Assembly (NCBI GenBank): GCA_964514965.1
Contig: CAZETV010000001.1
Location: 889,239 to 953,238, forward strand
Source of the DNA: Candidatus Hadarchaeota archaeon
Lineage (GTDB): Archaea; Hadarchaeota; Hadarchaeia; Hadarchaeales; Hadarchaeaceae
Direction of reading: 5' to 3'
Length of the DNA stretch: 64,000 bases
Shown: positions 58,693-64,000 of the stretch, one piece after another
How positions within the stretch are numbered: the stretch's first letter is position 1
Layout: each line of letters begins with the position of its first letter
Made by a program: the position numbers and the translations under genes
The notes under the pieces: model-generated
The model's database searches: none
What the model was told of the DNA's origin: nothing
The model's input: the letters and a program-made list of their open reading frames with translations, nothing else

Positions 58693-59523
58693 ATGCTCGA
58701 GCAAACTTTAAGCCTGTTGCGCAAGCAGGGCATAAGACTCAGTAAGCGTGCTGGGCAGCATCAAGTTATAGATTCAACCATTTTGAAACAGATGGTTGGT
58801 TACGCCGAACTCTCCCGTGATGACATGGTGCTGGAGATAGGTGCCGGGATAGGAAATTTAACGCTTTTACTCGTCGCGAATGCGGGTAGAGTGATAGCGA
58901 TAGAGCGAGATAGAAAGCTCGTGAAAGTTCTGGGGGAACGATTGAGGGGGCACTCAAATTTTGAGTTGTTGTGCGGGGATGCGTTGCACATCGAGCTCCC
59001 CAAGTTTAACAAGGTAGTCGCGAACCTCCCCTATGGCATCTCCTCGGACATCACGTTCAAATTACTCGAGCATGGTTTCGAGTCAGCCGTACTTATGTAC
59101 CAACGGGAGTTCGCCGAGCGGCTCGTGGCAAAGCCGGGGTCCGATGATTACAGCCGCCTGACGGTGAATGCTTATTACCGGGCAAGCGTCGAGTTGTTGG
59201 AGGAAGTGTTACCCGAGGCATTTTTCCCCCAACCGAAGGTCACGTCGGCGATCGTCAGGTTCAGGCCGCGAGAGCCCCCATTCAAAGTTAAAAACGAGCA
59301 AGTTTTTTTTGATGTTGTTCGAGCGCTCTTTCAGCATCGGCGCCAGCGGGTGAGGAACGCAATGTACCATTCGTTCGGGGAAATATTCCAGGGGAGGCGC
59401 CCCCCGAAAGCTGAGCGCAGGGCGTTTATCGATAGGAAACTTACAAAGAAGCTTGCGGAGGCCCGTGTGATGGACCTACCGCCCGAGAAATTTGGGGAAA
59501 TAGCGAATTGTTTGGTTAGCTAA
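58693..59523 (+). CDS. rsmA: 16S rRNA (adenine1518/1519-N6)-dimethyltransferase KsgA/Dim1
   Basis: SAM-binding motif LEIGAGIGNLT and catalytic ANLPYGISS; start set at ATG 58693 (MLEQTLSLL) rather than the longer ORF. Confidence 0.8.
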   Translation: MLEQTLSLLRKQGIRLSKRAGQHQVIDSTILKQMVGYAELSRDDMVLEIGAGIGNLTLLLVANAGRVIAIERDRKLVKVLGERLRGHSNFELLCGDALHIELPKFNKVVANLPYGISSDITFKLLEHGFESAVLMYQREFAERLVAKPGSDDYSRLTVNAYYRASVELLEEVLPEAFFPQPKVTSAIVRFRPREPPFKVKNEQVFFDVVRALFQHRRQRVRNAMYHSFGEIFQGRRPPKAERRAFIDRKLTKKLAEARVMDLPPEKFGEIANCLVS

Positions 59524-59609
59524 TCTTCTTTTTTCCTTGTGTTCGTTAAGAAAATGTAGTGAATAGTGAACGGCGAGGATAGCAGCCGCCTGTTCCATTT
59601 TGTCCGGTC

Positions 59610-61805
59610 TTACTCCATAAAGTCTTCAGGCTTGGGCGGCTCCAGTTTTAATCCTTTGCGTTTTCGCGTGTCCCGAACGACTTGTTCTTGAAGCTCCTTT
59701 GGCAGTTGTTCGAATTTTTCGAATTCTGTTCCCCAGATTGCCCTCCCCTCGGTCTCCGAACGCATCTCTGCCGCGAGTCCGAAGGAATTTGCTACTGGCA
59801 GCGAAGCTTTGATGATCGCGATGTCTTCTTCTGACTCCATGGTGGTGATTCGGCCCCGGCGCCCTTGGATGACCTTGGTGGCGCCACCCATGAACTCCTG
59901 CGGCACCCGTACCTCGAGTTTGAGCAAGGGTTCGAGCACCACTGGATTGGCGAGAAGGACCCCAGCCTGAATTGGGCGCCTGACCGCCGGGATGATCTGC
60001 GCTGGCCCGCGGTGCACCGAGTCTTCGTGCAACGATGCGTCGGTGATGAGTAACTTGAGCCTGCGTATGGGCTCACGCATCAGCGGTCCCTCTTCGACTA
60101 CCTCTTTGAAAGCCTCGATAGCATAGTCTTCGACTTCGCGCATGTACTGCACGCCTTTTGTAGCATCAACGAAAATGTTTGAACCGATTATCGAGAGTAC
60201 ATTCCGAGCGGTGTGGGTCTCCCAGCCCAGCTCCCGGAGCACGTTTGCGCGCTCCTTTTTGTCTTGTTTTTCAGCAACTTTGCCCTCCTCGATTGCTTTT
60301 ATAACCTCCGGCTTGAGGGGTTCGGCTGTAATAAAAAAGCGATTGTGTTTGTTTGGGGACTTTCCCTCGACATGTTCGGCCTTACCAAGAATCGTCTCGC
60401 GATAGACGACTATGGGTTCAGATGATTTCACTTCCAGTCCGGCTTCCTTAAGTTTGTATTCGACTATCTCGAGATGAACTTCACCCATCCCCGAAACTAG
60501 GTACTCCCCAGTCTCCTCGTTGATTTTTATCTTTATGTTTGGGTCCTCGCGGGAAATTTTCTTGAGTTCGTTGATGAGCTTTGGCAGATCTTGGAAGTTC
60601 TTCGGCTCGACAGCAACGGTAACTACAGGTTCACTGATGTAGCGGAGCTCCTCGAAGCCCTTACCCTCCGCCCCAACTTCTACTAGCGTCTCTCCCACGT
60701 AGGCCTCTTTCATCCCGATGAGCGCGGCGATGTTGCCAGCGGGCACCTTGTCGACCATCTCGCGCTTAGGCCCTATGTAAATACCGACCTGCTGGATGCG
60801 CGCGTCCTGCCCAGCACTCACCAGTTTGACTGTTTTGCCCTTTTCAAGTGTGCCGGAGAAGACTCGGCCCGTCGAGATGACTCCCGCCTGCTCGTCGACG
60901 ATGACATCGGTGACTATCATGCAAATTTTGCCCTCAGGATTGCAGGAGAACATGTCCTTACCGAGTTCACTCTCCACGTCTCCCTTCCATATAATTGGGA
61001 TTCGGTTCGCCTGTGCCTGTTTTGGGTTGGGAAGGTGGCGAATAACCATATCGAGCACGACCTCGTAAAGTGGGCTTTTCTTCGCCAGCTCCGCTATGTT
61101 GTTCGTCTGGTAAGCGTTGATGATGTCCTTGAAGCTGATGTTTCTGGCCTTCATCTGGGGAATCGAGAGGGCCCACTTCTCTTTCGCCGACCCAAAGGCG
61201 ACTGAACCCTTCTCAACACTTACCCGCCATTTTTCGGCGATGTCAGGAGAAGCGTACCTCCCGATTAGCTGGTTGAACCTAGTTATGAGTTTGACGAACC
61301 GTGCTTGCATCCCATCGGGGGTTAGTTTGAGCTCGTCAATGAGGCGATCCACCTTGTTGATGAATAGTATGGGTCTCGCTCGCTCGCGCAGCGCTTGGCG
61401 GAGCACGGTTTCGGTCTGTGGCATGACGCCCTCGACTGCATCCACAACTACAATCACACCATCGATTGCGCGCAGGGCTCGCGTGACATCACCGCTGAAG
61501 TCGACATGACCCGGGGTGTCAAGCAAGTTGATGAGGTGCTCCTTCCCCCCGAAAGCATGCGCCAGACTCACTGCCGCAGTCTGCACGGTTATCCCGCGCT
61601 GCTGTTCGATTTCAAGATAATCTGTGAAAAGTTGCTCACCCGCCAGCTCGAAACTTATGATTCCCGAAGCGGCGACTAAGCTGTCTGTGAGCGTCGTCTT
61701 GCCGTGATCGACGTGGGCAACTATACCTATGTTTCGGACATGTTCTGGCGTCCACATTATCTTGGCCACGTCGCCTAAGTGTTTGTAACGTCGCATATCC
61801 ACCAC
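59610..61805 (-). CDS. fusA: Translation elongation factor 2 (aEF-2)
   Basis: 731 aa; GTPase motifs AHVDHGKTT, DTPGHVDF, NKVD, and diphthamide-region GRRG...H context (RGPAQIIPAVRR). Confidence 0.9.
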   Translation of the reverse strand: MVDMRRYKHLGDVAKIMWTPEHVRNIGIVAHVDHGKTTLTDSLVAASGIISFELAGEQLFTDYLEIEQQRGITVQTAAVSLAHAFGGKEHLINLLDTPGHVDFSGDVTRALRAIDGVIVVVDAVEGVMPQTETVLRQALRERARPILFINKVDRLIDELKLTPDGMQARFVKLITRFNQLIGRYASPDIAEKWRVSVEKGSVAFGSAKEKWALSIPQMKARNISFKDIINAYQTNNIAELAKKSPLYEVVLDMVIRHLPNPKQAQANRIPIIWKGDVESELGKDMFSCNPEGKICMIVTDVIVDEQAGVISTGRVFSGTLEKGKTVKLVSAGQDARIQQVGIYIGPKREMVDKVPAGNIAALIGMKEAYVGETLVEVGAEGKGFEELRYISEPVVTVAVEPKNFQDLPKLINELKKISREDPNIKIKINEETGEYLVSGMGEVHLEIVEYKLKEAGLEVKSSEPIVVYRETILGKAEHVEGKSPNKHNRFFITAEPLKPEVIKAIEEGKVAEKQDKKERANVLRELGWETHTARNVLSIIGSNIFVDATKGVQYMREVEDYAIEAFKEVVEEGPLMREPIRRLKLLITDASLHEDSVHRGPAQIIPAVRRPIQAGVLLANPVVLEPLLKLEVRVPQEFMGGATKVIQGRRGRITTMESEEDIAIIKASLPVANSFGLAAEMRSETEGRAIWGTEFEKFEQLPKELQEQVVRDTRKRKGLKLEPPKPEDFME

Positions 61806-61845
61806 GTTAGAAAATATCTATATGTCTCATCGTTTAAAAGTAGAG

Positions 61846-63036
61846 CTAACGTAAAGGTAGGAAATCAGATTCAAGTTCATCCTTATTTTTCTCGGGTGGT
61901 GAGGGAAATTCCGTTGGTAACTCCTCGACGCGCTGTCCTATCCCAATCGTATTTCCTATACCGGCGACAATAACCACGTCACCCGGTTTAGTCCGCTCCC
62001 GCACCGCTCGCTTGATTCGTTCGACAGCTACATCGACAGCGCGTACGAGACGTTTGTTGAGGGGTTTTATAGCTTCCTTGAATGACTCCTTGATTATGAT
62101 CGCATCGAGCGGCACCTTGCGCTTTACCGATATTTCCTCGATCTTGTATTTCTCCGTGGGGGGTCCACCTATCGCAGCCCCGACGCCCTCGACCACCTGT
62201 CCGCTCACGTCTCCCTCAAGCTTCAGGGCGGCATCTATCATGATGATTCTGTTCACCTTGCGTTGTGCTACCAAGTGCTTGATTAATTCGCCGGGTTTGC
62301 CGACCCGCCCCCCAGGCCCTTTTGCCTTGACTACAAGCAGTTTTCGCCCCTCGAACTTTGTCTCAGCGTAGACGGTATCTTCGATGGGTTCCCGGCAGGA
62401 GGCCTTCCCGATCAACTGCGTCGCTGTCATTGCCCCAACTCCGTCACCTATCGGTTTTCCGGCAACGAAGGTTTTCGTCGCATCCACGAACGCTTTCGCA
62501 TACTCTTTCAGGAAGGGTAGTTGCATCTGGAGGATCATGACGAGTTGATAACTCTTCGTCTTCTCGGCCAGCAACGTGAAGTGGCGCACCAAGCGATAGA
62601 GGCTGTAGCTCGCCATCGTTCCCTCGATAGTCATCTCCAAATTGGCGGCAGCTTCGGATTCGGCGTTTGGAGCCAAGCGTGTGACGATGTCCTCGAACCT
62701 TTTCTTCCGCACATCCAACACATGTTCAAGTCTGCTAAGCACTCCCGCTGGGTCATCGCTAACTGGCGAAATTGCGAAGAATTCGAGAAAATTGTTGAGC
62801 TCCTGCTCGACATCACGTTTTGGTTTGCCGTGTTTTGTTATCTCCCGGAGCGCGACTCTTTTGCTCTCTTTCGCCCAGCCCTCGAGCTCGTGGACCGACT
62901 TGCGCAGCTGTCCCATCCCCATGCGGGCTTGTAGCCCTATCATGCGGGGCGTGATGAATATGGAGATAGCGAAGAAGACAAAGGCGAAGAGTATCCACGT
63001 AAATATGTCTATGTCGAACGGCATAGCAATCCCCAA
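61846..63036 (-). CDS. Conserved archaeal membrane-anchored protein (DUF1512-like)
   Basis: N-terminal TM helix (IFTWILFAFVFFAISIFI) followed by a soluble domain; 396 aa. Confidence 0.45.
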   Translation of the reverse strand: MGIAMPFDIDIFTWILFAFVFFAISIFITPRMIGLQARMGMGQLRKSVHELEGWAKESKRVALREITKHGKPKRDVEQELNNFLEFFAISPVSDDPAGVLSRLEHVLDVRKKRFEDIVTRLAPNAESEAAANLEMTIEGTMASYSLYRLVRHFTLLAEKTKSYQLVMILQMQLPFLKEYAKAFVDATKTFVAGKPIGDGVGAMTATQLIGKASCREPIEDTVYAETKFEGRKLLVVKAKGPGGRVGKPGELIKHLVAQRKVNRIIMIDAALKLEGDVSGQVVEGVGAAIGGPPTEKYKIEEISVKRKVPLDAIIIKESFKEAIKPLNKRLVRAVDVAVERIKRAVRERTKPGDVVIVAGIGNTIGIGQRVEELPTEFPSPPEKNKDELESDFLPLR

Positions 63037-63111
63037 TCTTGATTGTTCTCTTTTTTCATATAAGTTTGCCGTCGAAAAATTAAAGCCATTCGGTAGTGAA
63101 GTTTGTTAGCT

Positions 63112-63218
63112 GCGGGGGTAGCCAAGTCAGGTCAAAGGTCTAACGACCGGCTGAAGGCGTACGGTTCAGGGCCGTATCCCGTAGGGGTTCGGGGGTTCGA
63201 ATCCCCTCCCCCGCACCA
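63112..63218 (+). tRNA. tRNA-Leu (anticodon CAG) with a 19-nt insertion between the D-arm and the anticodon stem (probable non-canonical intron); CCA encoded
   Basis: Acceptor stem GCGGGGG/CCCCCGC, discriminator A and CCA; D-arm GCC-AAGTCAGGTCAAA-GGT; perfect 5-bp anticodon stem TACGG/CCGTA (63160..63164 with 63172..63176) enclosing loop TTCAGGG (anticodon CAG at 63167..63169); long variable arm CCCGTAGGGGTTC; T-arm GGGGG-TTCGAAT-CCCCT. Nineteen extra nt (about 63140..63158) lie between the D-stem and the anticodon stem. Confidence 0.7.
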
Positions 63219-63307
63219 AATGCGCAATGAGTAAGAAGGTCTATGGAGGTATTTGCGGGCTTTATAGACAAAAATAAGGCAGGAAAACAGGAATTTACAG
63301 TTGCTGC

Positions 63308-63448
63308 CTATTTTCCGAGGAAATTTCGTATTTGCTCTCTCAACCATTCAGCCTTTGAATTATAACCAGATGCCTTCAGTTTTGCTTCAAAAGCTTCAAG
63401 AATCTCCTTTTCAATTTGGGCTTTGATTTCAATAATATCCTGCATCAT
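63308..63448 (-). CDS. Putative ribbon-helix-helix (CopG/antitoxin-like) mini-protein, 46 aa
   Basis: Translated by hand: MMQDIIEIKAQIEKEILEAFEAKLKASGYNSKAEWLREQIRNFLGK; the GYNSKAEWLREQIRNFL segment resembles the RHH helix-2 of NikR and CopG (compare GYTSRSEAIRDALRDFL in the nikR product here). Below the ORF-track length cutoff. Confidence 0.3.
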   Translation of the reverse strand: MMQDIIEIKAQIEKEILEAFEAKLKASGYNSKAEWLREQIRNFLGK

Positions 63449-63501
63449 GATCACTAACGAACAATAAGTTTATAAATATAAGAATATTCTAATATGTTAA
63501 T

Positions 63502-63807
63502 ATGAAAGAGATATATAAAATCCATGCTGAGATGTGTAAAGTTTTTTCAAATCCAACTAGATTGGAAATTCTTAATCTATTAAGAGACAATGAACTGACT
63601 GTTTCTGAATTGACTAATAAGTCAGAATTTACTCAAGTTAACATTTCTCAGCATTTGTCAATAATGAAAAATAAAGGAATAGTCTCATCAAGACGAAAAG
63701 GGAAAAACGTTTACTACAAACTTACTAATCCCAAGATAATCAAAGCATTTGATATAATTAAAGAAGTGTTGGCTGAAAGGTTGAAGAAGAATGGAACGCT
63801 TGTTTAA
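63502..63807 (+). CDS. arsR: ArsR/SmtB family transcriptional regulator
   Basis: 101 aa winged-helix regulator (FSNPTRLEILNLLRDNELTVSELTNKSEFTQVNISQHLSIMKNKGIV). Confidence 0.75.
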   Translation: MKEIYKIHAEMCKVFSNPTRLEILNLLRDNELTVSELTNKSEFTQVNISQHLSIMKNKGIVSSRRKGKNVYYKLTNPKIIKAFDIIKEVLAERLKKNGTLV

Positions 63808-63825
63808 GTGCTATGAGGTGGAAAA

Positions 63826-64000
63826 ATGAGAAAAACTTTCACAATTTTGATTTTTAGTATGTTGTTGTTAAGTGTAAGTCTAGTGTCTGCACATGAATAC
63901 AATTTTAATGAGACAAAGCAACTTATAGATTCAGGAATAAATTGCGATAAACTCACAGACGAGCAGCTTGAAGCCATTGGAGATTATTATATGGAACAAA
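63826..64000 (+). CDS. Secreted or membrane-anchored hypothetical protein (5' part; continues beyond window)
   Basis: ATG preceded by GAGGTG ribosome-binding site; N-terminal signal peptide MRKTFTILIFSMLLLSVSLVSA. Confidence 0.4.
   Translation, partial: MRKTFTILIFSMLLLSVSLVSAHEYNFNETKQLIDSGINCDKLTDEQLEAIGDYYMEQ

Noticed and set aside
1-64000. CRISPR arrays, IS elements or rRNA genes
   Set aside because: No regularly spaced direct repeats, transposase or integrase-like ORFs, or rRNA-like conserved stretches were seen on reading the sequence; the only non-coding RNA gene recognised is the tRNA-Leu.

Overview
This 64 kb window reads as an archaeal chromosome segment: it carries the archaeal-type SAM synthetase, aEF-2, archaeosine tRNA-guanine transglycosylase and methanopterin/methanofuran-dependent enzymes. 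It is densely packed with C1 (Wood-Ljungdahl-type) metabolism and the biosynthesis of its cofactors. In order: secD/secF and trmI; an HMG-CoA synthase / thiolase / DUF35 operon with two HTH regulators; metK, tgtA, an Lrp regulator and an e2b2-family isomerase; a nickel cluster (cbiMNQO transporter, divergent nikR with a palindromic operator candidate, a four-subunit sulfhydrogenase-type [NiFe] hydrogenase hydBGDA, and a maturation protease fused to a cNMP-binding domain); acs, a RACo-like corrinoid activator and cdhABCDE (CODH/ACS) with divergent cooC; a short MetF-like reductase; fdhD-mobA; a methanofuran biosynthesis cluster (mfnA, B, D, F, E plus two unassigned enzymes); mtd followed by an unknown nucleotidyltransferase-motif protein; a consolidated operon fwdD-fwdB-fwdA-ftr-fwdC-mch-mptN; a methanopterin biosynthesis cluster (mptG, DHPS-like, dmrX-like, DUF447, CitG-like, ASKHA protein); nth, ksgA, aEF-2; and a tRNA-Leu(CAG) with a 19-nt non-canonical insertion, followed by an AT-rich block (RHH mini-ORF, arsR, secreted protein) that may be the edge of an integrated element. 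No mcr or mtr genes are in the window, so a methanogenic versus non-methanogenic lifestyle cannot be decided here. All calls rest on reading the supplied translations and sequence by eye; no database search or folding was run.
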